Assembly: GCA_049724395.1 (NCBI GenBank)
Contig: JAUGWO010000045.1
Span: 62,001-126,000 of the forward strand
Length of the DNA stretch: 64,000 nucleotides
Source: Spongospora subterranea f. sp. subterranea
Taxonomy: Eukaryota
Direction: 5' to 3'
This document shows, piece after piece, positions 25,009-36,493 of this stretch (position 1 is its first letter; every line of letters begins with the position of its first letter). A model generated the notes under the pieces. That model did no database searches, was not told where the DNA came from, and was given only the letters and a program-made list of their open reading frames with translations. The position numbers and the translations under genes were made by a program.

Positions 25009-25499
25009 GGCTCAAAGATTGATTACCTGACGACGGTCCCGTCTTCACTGTGCGAACACAGGGAACAAGTTATCCTTGTCATGACGGGTCGTGCGTCAAG
25101 GAATAACCCTGTGACGCGGACCCGCAAGCTGGAGAATGTCGCGCGGCTACGGAATACCCACCCTATGTCATTTTTGTCGAATCCAGCTTTCACCCGTTAA
25201 ACAAACAACATGATTTCTATTCGGTTCGATTTTCGAATCTCTTGATTTGAGCGAAAAAATATTGGCAGTTTAGGGAAAGCATGTCGCCAAATGGCGACAG
25301 CAAACAGTGACGTACTGATCATGTTGCGTACGGGTGAGTGAGGGCCACGCACGAGAGGCCGAGACTGGGTTGCCGTGACCGGCCTCTTTCTAAGAGGGTT
25401 GCCCCGGTATCTAAACGACCTTATTACGGGGCTCTTATTAGTATTGTAATCACAATCCGTATAAACGACAACATCACTGCACACGACAATCAATATATC

Positions 25500-26602
25500 A
25501 TGTTTATTCGGAACTCTTTGTTAGCGCTTCGGCGCACAATGTCGTCAACTGCAGCAGTGTTTGTCGACAAGAACACTCGTGTCATTGTCCAAGGGTTTAC
25601 GGGAAAGCAGGGTACTTTCCATTCGGAGCAAGCAATCGAGTACGGGACCCAAGTTGTCGGTGGTGTGTCGCCTGGAAAAGGCGGCAAAGATCACCTGGGA
25701 TTACCAGTATTTAACAGCGTCGCGGATGCTGTCAAAGAAACTGGAGCGGATGCCACCTCTATTTACGTCCCTCCACCTTTCGCTGCCGCCGCCATACTGG
25801 AAGCAATTGAGGCAGATATACCCTTGATCGTCGCCATTACTGAAGGTCATTTTCTTTATTTTTCACAGTAAATATGCGAATCTCATTGCAATTTCCCCTC
25901 AGGTATTCCTCAGCATGATATGGTTAAAGTCCTTCGGGCCCTAAAAGCCAAACCTAACGTCAGATTGATTGGACCGAACTGCCCTGGTATCATCAAGCCA
26001 GGCGAGTGCAAAATCGGCATCATGCCTGGTTATATTCATTCTCCAGGTATAAATCTTACCTTGTATCTTCGAATCTTATCAAAGTCGCTTTTTATAGGCA
26101 AGATCGGAATTGTTTCGCGATCCGGAACGTTGACATACGAAGCGGTACATCAAACAACAAGTGTTGGTCTTGGACAGTCAACTTGTGTTGGTATTGGTGG
26201 TGATCCATTCAACGGGACCAATTTCATCGACGTGATTTCAAGGTTCCTAAAAGATCCTCAGACGGAAGGTTTCCTTTTTGCACCATTTCTTGAAAACGTG
26301 TTTCAAATCAATAATCAGGCATTATCATGATCGGAGAAATCGGTGGGCAAGCAGAAGAACAAGCTGCAGCGTATTTGGCCGAGAACAACACTGAAAACAA
26401 GCCGGTCGTCGCCTTTATTGCTGGGTTAACGGCCCCTCCTGGAAGGCGAATGGGACATGCCGGAGCGATAATTGCTGGGGGTAAGGGAGGCGCCAAGGAG
26501 AAGATCGCTGCACTGAAGGAAGCTGGTGTGGCGGTGTCTGAATCTCCAGCATCCGTTGGGAAACTCATGTTCGAGGTTATGAAAGAGGCCGGAAGGGCTT
26601 AA
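25500..26602 (+). CDS. SUCLG1: Succinyl-CoA ligase alpha subunit, mitochondrial, 4 exons
   Basis: [46 protein letters not shown] and phospho-His motif RMGHAGA. Confidence 0.97.
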
Positions 26603-27066
26603 TCCCTAATTATCTTCTTCACATACATTACGATATTCCTTTGTGAGCTATTCATGCTCCCTAGCGACTGCAATGTCAACTGTTTTCCTCCGTTCATCAT
26701 ACCATTCTTCGATGGCCTGTATATTACAGGCTCATTTAGGCTAAACAACGTCGCCTTTCACGAGAAACAAATTCGCTTTTATTTACAAGTGAAGACCTAC
26801 TTCGTACAGTTTCGAATTCTGTTCCAGCGACTTTGTTTTTGCGGTCCAGATATTGGCCGAAGTGAGTGCCTGTTCAGGTGTCAACCTGCGATTTCGTCCC
26901 TTGATGAACGTTCCCGACCAATTGGCCGAGCGGCGGAGTGTTCACAGACAGAGGTTGACTGGTGGTAGACTGCGGCCATTGCCCAGGTGGCGCTACCGCT
27001 AACAGTCGATTATCGGGTCGCACATCTGACATCCATCGCGATCGCTGCACGTGTGGGGTTGTCGCA

Positions 27067-28039
27067 ATGGGTGAAAGGAAGGTCCTGAATAAGTTCGTCA
27101 ATGATCCGGTTTGGGGCGATCTTCTTTATTGACGGTTGGTCAATCTAGGTATTACCCGCCCGATTTCGATGCCACCAAACTCCCTCGCAATCGAAAGCCG
27201 ATCGACCGGCAAGAAACGGTTCGGACCATGCTTCCCATGAATATCCAATGTGGATCGTGTGGGGAGTTCATGTATTCCGGGAAGAAGTTCAACTCGAAGA
27301 AGGAGCTGGCGATTGGGGAAGATTACCTGACCATCAAAGTCTGGCGCTTCTACATCAAATGTGTCATGTGCTCCAGTGAGATCACCTTCAAAACCGATCC
27401 CAAGAACGGGAATTACATCGTTGAAAGAGGGGCGAGGCGGAATTTTGAACCGTGGAGGGCAGCGGATGAGGAGGAAAAAGCACATAATGACAAGAAAGAT
27501 GTCGAAGAGGAAGACGCAATGAAAGTCAGTTTTTTTTTTCTCTGATTGAAAAACCGTTTTGTGGCGATCAGTGTTGAAATGGGATCTGGGTATTTTAGGC
27601 GCTAGAGAACAGACAGAAGGAGAGTAAACGGGAGATGGACCAGATGGACGCGCTGGAAGAGCTACAGGCCATGAGCGCTCGACATAGCCAGAGGACGCCA
27701 GAACAGCTGTTGGCCCTACACCAGCGGAAATACCAGGAGACCACGCTCGAGAAGCTCGAACGGCAGGACGAGGAAAGCGTCAGGACCATATTCGGCGATC
27801 GATCGGACCCGATCCAACGACGACTCGACGACGACGAAACCGTCGACGAGAGACCCGAACCGCGCCCGGATTTCCTGGCGTCATTTCGGATCACTTCCGA
27901 TGAGGCCCGGGCGGATGGGTTGATCGCCAGCGTGGTTAAACGGGAGAAGCGGAAGCGGCCAGCGGCGACACCAACACCCCCAACGCCAAGATTCAACACC
28001 TTATTGACAACATATCCAGATACCGATTCTGACTCATAA
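27067..28039 (+). CDS. YJU2: Splicing factor YJU2 (CCDC94/Cwc16), 3 exons
   Basis: MGERKVLNK|YYPPDFD, CGSC...GKKFNSKKE and CVMCSSEITFKTDPKNGNYIVERGARRN. Confidence 0.95.
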
Positions 28040-28165
28040 AAACACACACCCCATATCGACATCAATATTATCAACAGGATCCTGAACTGATTCCGAATAG
28101 ATCGACGACGTTCAAGGTGGTGAACGAGGCGCGTCGATCGGGAACAACAATCGCTCATTTGGATT

Positions 28166-29820
28166 ATGGCGGAGATGGAGTCCGGAGTTTGTCCGACCGT
28201 TTTGTCGATGGGCGATCCGCCATCGTCGTCGCCCGAACCGGATCTACCACCGCCGGACGGCGCCGTCGACAACCCCGACGACGAGCCGCCGGCCGAGGAG
28301 CCGCCCGCCGACCACCTGGAACTGGGCGACGGCGACCACGAAGGTGAATCCCATAACGAGTCGAGTGATATATCGGTGGAGAAGGATTCCGATTATTGTG
28401 AATCGCCCGGGGCGGAACCCGATCCGACCGAGGAAGATGATGACGAGGCGCCAATGGCGTCGGAAGTGATCATCGAGACGGCCGTCGATGAGGGATCGAA
28501 CACCCCCGTCCCCCATGTCGACGTCGATATCGGATCGACGTCCGAGTTCGTCAACATCTTATCGTTCTGCCAGACGTTCGCCGCGATTCTCGAGCTGCGC
28601 CCGTTCTCGTTCCTGGAACTCGAACAGGCGATCGTATTCTCGCGAACCGAACCGCTTTACGCCGATCTCGTCGCCCGCTGCATCTATCTTGGGCAGAATC
28701 GCAAAGAACCGCTCAAGTACGTCCAAGAGCCCCTTGTTCATTCGTGGCGATATTGGTTCTGGTTGTTTTTTTTTTTCAATGGTTTCGGGAATCTATTCAG
28801 GGAGGTTCTAAAGGTGCCGTGATTTCAGATATGATCAATGGCAATCGCTATTGCATCGCATTGTCAAGGGGATGAAGACGTGTTTTATTGGGTTTACCGA
28901 TCCCGCCCACGACCAGTCGGAATCGTATCGATCGCTGGTCGATCCGCGAACCATGGAGAGGTCGGGCGATGATGATCCCCCATCTAAACAGCAACAACAG
29001 GCCGCGATCATGACCCAATGGGATACAGATTGCCATCAGATGACGCCCTACGCTAGGGTCAGTGTTCCATCACCGCCGTCGCCAACACCGTCGTGTTCAT
29101 GTTTTTTGTTTTTGCGTTCAGCTCTTAATATTGTCGAATCTATGCGATTGGACCTGTTCGGAATCCGCCGATCTCCTTCACTTTATATCGTCCAATTCCC
29201 GTAAATATATCGGTCACCATTTTGAATGCGTTTTCCTAATGGGTCGCTGACAGCTGACGAGTTTCGATCTTCGCCTGATGGACGAGACGCTCAAGGGAAT
29301 CTCTACCGATATTTCCCTTCACAAATCCCCTCACAATGTTGCCGAATATATCGACACCATTGTCCCGATATGGTAATCATCATCACATCGTTTTGTCGCC
29401 ACTTTCCGACTGTCGTGTTGATTTTATCAGGATGGATTCGAGCGAATGGCTCTTGCCGCACAAACTCTAGAGGAATTGATCTGCTTCGTCGGCAGCAATG
29501 AACTCGACGGAGACGACGTTGCCGCCCCGTTCGTCGCGTTTATTCGCGACGAGGTCATCCCGTCGGAGACGGCCAAGGTGGAGGCGGAACAGAAACGGGC
29601 CCAGCGTCTAAGACGACAAGGAATGTCGTTGGGTGTCGATGTCTCCTATCAGAATATTATATACGACGGGCGGCGAGCGTCATCTCGCCCGGTTCGGTAC
29701 ACGTTCGAGGACGACGACCCCGACCAGGCCGGCAGGAGATCACGACGTGCGAAACCGACCGAATCGGATTGGCCATTGACGGAAGGGACCAGATCAAGGC
29801 CGATCTCTAAACGACGATAA
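28166..29820 (+). CDS. DDT/WHIM-domain chromatin protein, multi-exon
   Basis: DDT-like EFVNILSFCQTFAAILELRPFSFLELEQAI, WHIM1-like YAR|LLILSNLCDW and WSD-like FRSSPDGRDAQGNLYRYF. Confidence 0.7.
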
Positions 29821-29893
29821 AATACAGAATCGGCCGCTCTTTGTTCCTCTCTCTCTCGTCAAATCCCACAAATTACATCACTGTCTGTTGGCG

Positions 29894-29961
29894 GTAACGC
29901 AATCGGCGATAGAACTGTGACGTAAATGGCGACAGAACCCTGTAACGTCAATGGTGATAGA
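29894..29961 (+). promoter_or_regulatory. Three imperfect tandem copies of a 20-bp motif upstream of codanin-1
   Basis: GTAACGCAATCGGCGATAGA, GTGACGTAAATGGCGACAGA and GTAACGTCAATGGTGATAGA at 23-25 bp spacing. Confidence 0.45.
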
Positions 29962-30024
29962 TTGTTTGTCGTTTTTTGGCCATTCCGCAGTCCGTAATTT
30001 CCCACATTACTGTTAGATGGTTTG

Positions 30025-33000
30025 ATGATTATCGGGGACGGGTTTAGCCAGTCGTTATTGGACCTGATCGTGTCCGACCCGGACCTGCTTCACCAAACCC
30101 GTGCCTGGATAGCGGGGGAGCGCCACGATCCGCCCGCCGCCCTCGCCGAACACGATCGCCATCTCGTTGGCCGGGCCCTGGTCCACGCCGTCCGACTCGA
30201 ATGGGCCCTGATCGCATCGGCCCCGGAGCAATCGCCACCGCCTTCCCGCCCGAGTTACGCCTCGATATCCAGCAATCAGCAGTTGGTCAAGGTTAGCAAC
30301 AATGCTCAACGATCTGTGCAGATCAGAGCTGGAAATTGTCAGATGTTTCGCTCCACTTATGTCAACGAATCTTCAAGTTCTGCGGGCGTTTTTATTTCAA
30401 TAACCGATTACATTTGTTCAAATTTTCCTTTGATATATCTTGAGAAACTACAAAAATACCCCTCAACATTCATTGTCAACACTGAACATTTGAAAAAAAA
30501 TCTTTCAAAGGATCTGTTGTTAATGCATGAATTGTCTCAGAAAAAAATTACGCCAACTCCAGTGACGACACCAGACCGTCTGGTCACCAATGTGTTCCAG
30601 CCCGCCTCCGAACCTGATTTATCCCGTCTTCGATCACCGCCATCATGCAATGTTCGCGATCAGATCAAGTCTCAATCGGCGTCGGCGTGGGCCGTTCTCA
30701 CCCAGCAATCGCGTGTCGCATCGGATCATCGCGTCCTGGGCGCGTTGCCGATGGGGAAACGCCCACCCGAACACGACGAACGGGTCGGCCGAGTGGCGCA
30801 GCTGATCATCGCCACCGTCCTGGCCCAGATCATGCCCCATATTCTGGCCCAGATCCGGCTGTTCATCGATATGCTGATGGTCAGGGAGAGGCACGTGTTC
30901 AACGCTGATAGTCGCGTTGTCCAAACCAGCTCCGATTGTGTTCGATTATCGAGTCAGGTTCTGGACGGATTTGTGCCGATATTGCTGAACTGTGGGGAGA
31001 GTCTGCCCAGTCTGTTACGATCGTGCCCGCGTGTTCGTGAGCATTGCCCAACGCTGGCTCTGGCGTTGGGACAGCGCCGCGCCCATCGCCTACTGCACCA
31101 ACGACTTCTCGGAAGACGATCGGCTCGGTCTCGACGACCCGTTTCGCCCATCCCTGGACTCGCGCCATCTGTTCAAATCCCCCGATCAACAGCGATTATT
31201 CACAAACCGTGAACAAACTCGCGATCTGTTCATGAGCTGTTTATTAGATGGTCAAGCGTCGGGCTTTAAACACGGATCGGACTCGTTTCCCAACGAAATC
31301 CATCGTATTCTCGATTTCTGTGTTCCGGCCAATTACTCCTGGCTTTCCGGCCTGTTTGTCAGTCACCTATTGCTGCATTCGTGGAACGACCAATCGTGGC
31401 TTCCCGGTCCGGTTCGTATTCTGGCCAAGGACCCAGTGCGCCTGAAGAAACTCGAGAGGCTATCGAGGCGTGCGGCGCCATCGACAGCTCCGCCGTCCAA
31501 TTCCTCCTCCCGCCACCCGTCGTTATCGGGAACCTCGATCGCCTCTCGTTCGATGGAGACCATGTTTACTGGGGCCGAATCGTTCTTCTTCAGATTTCTT
31601 CAAGAGACGGTACAGCAGAATACATGCACATTTCGTTTCTAGCGCAACGTGAAATGTTCAAGTAAGATTTGGAACATGAACAGTTCGATCGTATTTTGGG
31701 TTTTCCTTCTAGATTGTACGCCAATCGCAGTGATTTTCGCAAAATGATTCGTTCAGCAGGATTCGCATCAGTGTTTCTCATCTGTGTTGGTGTTTTGAAA
31801 AAGGGTTTTCACTGATATCGGTTGTGTTTCAGGATCGATATCGATTCGCGTTTTTCGTGATTCAGCGACTGGTGGTCAAGATTACCGAGCTGTCGTCGAG
31901 TTTCGACTGTCGGACGGCGCGGATTGTCAAACTGATGATCCTGGGCAAGTTCCTCGGGATGCTCGTGTTCTGGCCGTACTGTGCCCTGGATGATCTCGGG
32001 TCGCCCGGCGCCATTACCGAGGCGGCCGCCATCGCCGACCACTCGTCGGCCCAGATCGACCTGAACCGCATCCTGGACGATGCGCTAGCCGATGGGCGTC
32101 TGGACCGTATCCTGACCCAGGTTCCATGGATCTGCGAGATGGTGAAGATGGCGCCTGCATCCGTTGCGCAGACCGCATACTTCAACAGGACCGTTTCGCT
32201 TTTGACGTCGATTCCGCGTTCGTTTTCGTCGGCTTCCACGACTTGCATCAGTGTCTGTATCGAGCAATTGTGTGCTGTTTGGCGTGTGGATCTGTCTTCA
32301 ACGCCATCGAAGATCGATCTGCACAATCAGCGAATATCGCAGCAAGACCGGGTCGATCGGGTTCTGTTCACAGCTTCGGGGCATTTGGAGCAAGTTCTTG
32401 GGGTTCTTCGACTCAGCACCGCCGAATCGGGCCGTTGGCAACGCCAGAACGAACAGCAGCGGACGATCACTCCATCCTTATCCACACTCCATCCGCCTGT
32501 TGAAATCGCATCTGCGCTGCCGTCGATGGTTTCCGTCCTCAGAAAGGATTTTTTCTCGTCTAATCCCGAGATCGCGTCATTGCTTCCGATGATCATCGAT
32601 CGGATCGTTCCGGATGTCGTCTCATTATCAGTCGGTTCCGTTTGTCGCTCATCGATCGCGACAGCGCTGTCAAATGAAGATCGTGCCGATATTGATATGA
32701 TGCAGTTATCCCTGGATGACGCCGACTCCGAATACGTTCCGGAGAAGGTGATCGAGGACGCCAAGGTGAAATGCCAACGCCTTTGTCTGGACCAGTGTCG
32801 GCTGCGTGTTGTTCCCGCTCTTGAGGCGCTCGCCCCGCGATCAGGGCGACCGGATTCCGACGCGCTCATCGTAAATCAGACGATCGACCTGGCCATGGAA
32901 CACGCCGCCAATATGATCCACGAACAGATCTCGAAGCGCTTCCCCGAGGTGTTCAAATCCGTTTGGGAGCCGATGATTAAAAAGCGAAGAAGAGCTGCAC

Positions 33001-33611
33001 TATCGAGTCCTAAACCGACCCGATCTCACCCGATATTGTCGCAAAGCAACGCCGTACCCGATTTGAGCGATATCTGCGATTTTCTCGGGCGCGTCGATCC
33101 GATCGCCGCCGTTGACGACTCGGTAGATGGGCGCGACCTGTGGACGATCGTGTTCCTTGAACTGACTCATAAGCTATCGCCATCCATGGCGATCTGCTGC
33201 TGTGTATGCCAGGACCAGCCCTGTTCCTGTCAATCATCAATATGTCCATTGGCCAGGTCGGCGTTCGACTCGATGACCAATGGGTTGAGGTCCATGGAGG
33301 TGGCGTCATTGCGGGGCGTTATCCGGTCGATATTGTCGGATTGTGGTGGTGGTAAATGTTGCTCATCGTGGCCGTATGTTCTAGCGGGATTAGCGATCCA
33401 GGTCCCGTCGTCGCGTCTCATCGTCGAGTCGCTCCTCGTGAACTCATCGGTGATATCGGCAACGGATTCGGAGAAGGTGGAGTTCGTGAGATGTTTTCAT
33501 AAAGGATGTCGTATCGATCATCATCCTCTGCAGTTCCTACGATTGATCGCCAATTCCACACAATCACCATCTTCAGTAATCGCTGATCTATTCCATATTC
33601 CAACTGTTTAG
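30025..33611 (+). CDS. CDAN1: Codanin-1-like protein
   Basis: KKITPTPV, TSSDCVRLSSQVL, FTNREQTRDLF, FTGAESFFFRFL, LMILGKFLGMLVFWPY and VPWICE parallel codanin-1 blocks. Probable introns 30292-30540 and about 31610-31833. Apparent 1-nt insertion at about 31069. Confidence 0.7.
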
Positions 33612-34268
33612 CTATTATTGTCCAATATAAACCTAATATTGATTCCCAATTCTGAGAAATAGAATCTCTCACGATTTATCATCACTGTTGGTGTTAATCT
33701 CATTGGGATCTGTTTTCGGCTACTCCGATTGGTGATTTAGGGTATTGAACAGGATGGAAATGAGCTCTAGGTGCTACAGATATAAAATTGAATGCGGGGG
33801 AACGAGAAGGAGATTTAAGGGGGGCGAACAAGGAATTATGATCCACAACTCAATAACACTACCAGGAGTGGATATCCTTGACCAGGCCAAAAACATGACT
33901 TGATCGCGATCGCCTTTCGTCACGTTCCAGTATGGTGAACAGCATCTTGAACCGGTTTTTCCCGATATATCGTTTGACAATTGCCTCAATGCGGTTGACG
34001 CCGTATTCTGTCCCGCTATATGCTGTCGCCATTAATTCCTTCCGCCCTGTCACCTCAACACGCCAACCCCATCTGTCGTTATTCGGCCAATATTTGCTGT
34101 TGGAATAGTCCCCAAACGATTGACGAGAGAGAGAAAGAGAAAAAGAAGCCAAGTCTGTGTAAGATGATGGCGATAATCGTCATTGGTCACGGTGTTTTCT
34201 AATGAACGATTGAAAGAGGGTCTTTTTGAACGCGCTCTCCCAGAAACGTTGACCATCGACCTGGCGCT

Positions 34269-34937
34269 ATGGGTCTGATCCTGTCGACCATATTCGAGAC
34301 CCTGTTCGGTGGTAAAGAGCGGCGCCTGCTGATCTTGGGGTTGGACAACGCCGGCAAGACCACGCTTCTGAACAAGATCCACAAACCGGATACCCCGATT
34401 ATGTCCACAATTCCAACCGTCGGGTAGATCAACCCATCCTCCATCGATCCGCCGTTTTCCGCATTCCAACACGTTCTGCAGGTTCAATATGGAGCACTGT
34501 GTTGTTGATAATGTTCATATCGCCATGTGGGATTTGGGTGGTCAAACTGGCATCAGACGATACTGGTACGATGGCCGGTTTATCGCCATGACATCGTCAG
34601 CTGACCCGGTTGATATATGCTTCTCAGGCGGCTGTACGTTAAGAATACCGATGCGATAATATACGTGGTCGACAGTATGGATCGGGAGCGGTTCCAGGTC
34701 GCCAAACAGGAGCTGATGTCGTTCCTGGAAGAGCCGGAGCTGAATGGCGTCATGGTGTTGGTGTTCGCCAATAAACAGGATATGCCGAACGCGATCTCGG
34801 CTGGGGAGTTGTCGACCGCCCTGGGTCTGACCGATCTGCGGGATCGTCCATGGAAGATCTGCAAGTCGTCGGCGATCACCGGGGAAGGCGTCAAGGAAGG
34901 TCTTCAGTGGATTGTCACCCAACTACGAAACAAATGA
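34269..34937 (+). CDS. ARF-like small GTPase, ARL1-like, 3 exons
   Basis: MG myristoylation start, GLDNAGKTT, TIPTVG|FN, WDLGGQTGIR, FANKQD and SAITGEG. Confidence 0.9.
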
Positions 34938-34999
34938 CCATCGATGTCGAATATATGTTTTGCTATTTATCGGGGGAAATTATATATTGCTCCATGGTG

Positions 35000-35954
35000 T
35001 CATGTTAGGAGATGATCGTCCAGGTCGGGCGACGCCGCCTTGGGATAGCGCGCCTTCTGTGACCCCGCCGCCGGGATGATCTCAAACACCTCGGGCGTTG
35101 GGGACAGTAGCACGCCCTTGAAGAAGGCGATCAGCTTTCCGCGAAGCGTGTCGTTGCTCAAACGCCATCGCATCATGTCGTCCCTGTCGACCACCCTCTG
35201 AACGCAACGGTTCGGTGAGCTATCGATTGTGTTTTCGTGGTGGAAACGGGGGGAATTATTACGAGGAGTTGTTCGGGCCGTTCCAGAACCAGGCCATGAT
35301 GAAGACTGAAATCCTGGAATACACGATTGAACTGTACCGATATCTGTTTATCTGGGTGGGTGATGGTGAAATCGTGGGCCACGAGTTTCACTTGATCAAT
35401 TAGGCCGACTTCAAATAGCGTTTGACGACACGCGTCTGTGAATATTCGCCATAACGAGCTGGTTGTTGATCCTCTTAGGCAGAGCTGGTACGAGAATATG
35501 CAGGTTGATTTATCGGGTAGAACGGCGGCAAAACACAATGTGTTGAAGGCGGGATGCTTTATAACCCGGATCGCTGACACAGCAACACGTGAATTATCGA
35601 AAATAAAGGGAATCAGGACGACGAGAGTTTACCAGAAGGGGTCTGATATCCTTTAAGAATATGGGAAACTAAAGGGTGTCGCGACAGGAGTGCCGATATC
35701 TGAGCGAAGTGTGTGGGATTCAGGTCCTTCTCTTCGTCTCCGTCGTACTGGACCAGGATCGCTTTGATGTCTTTGGGCTTCATCTTGGACATGTGCCAGT
35801 CGAGCAATCGCCGGCGACGATGAAGATCGCCATGGGGAATATTAAGCGTCCGAGCTGACGATAACTGCCGAGGCCATCCCCTGTTGAGACAGGCCATAAT
35901 GCTGGGCGATATGGATATCCCATGCCTGATGGCGCCCCTAATTGGCCAGATCAT
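35000..35954 (-). CDS. DUF3223 (DCL-like) domain protein with a possible mitochondrial presequence, spliced
   Basis: IKAILVQY...ALLSRHP...|IRVIKHPAFNTLCFAAVLPDKSTCIFSYQLCL matches the DCL/DUF3223 consensus ending FSYxxC. Arg/Ser-rich N-terminus without acidic residues. Confidence 0.6.
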
Positions 35955-36493
35955 GGCCAAAACAAGTGTTTTCAGGTCGCGCTGCGGCCTTCATCATCCC
36001 ACTCACAAGTCACATTCCCGCCACCTGTACATATGGATGACAGAGACACCTGTGGTATCATGGATACAGTGACGACTGTAACCCCCCACGGCCCACCCCA
36101 CTGTCGCAACACCCGACTCGCCCAAGACAATGCAGTTCATTGCCTTCCGATCCGGTGATTTGGCCAGAGAAACAATCGAAATACGGAATGGCTGACATCC
36201 CAGTTTCATTCACGTCAAGATGGACTAACTTGACGAATAATGGTTGACGACATCCAATCTCCGCCCAGATGTCCAATAAATTCACCACCAATGCAATACA
36301 CACCCACCGTCTTCTCCTCTACTTATGTATCTGAGTCGATTTTGCTGTGAGTCAGTCCTTGATTTCCAGTTGAAAATCGGTTCATCAACAAGCGCCAATA
36401 CGAATGGCACAAGTTAATGGATTCAATGTGTTGCTGTCAACCAATTGATCGTCTGCATGTTTGCTCAAGGACGATGACAGATGTTGGTGTGCG

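Noticed and set aside
26647..26960. Small spliced minus-strand gene (…NSKLYE|AIEEWYDERR…)
   Set aside because: A plausible intron and stop exist, but no in-frame start or acceptor was found upstream.
27595..33421. Many long antisense ORFs in the GC-rich block
   Set aside because: They are shadows of real genes, expected where high GC depletes stop codons.
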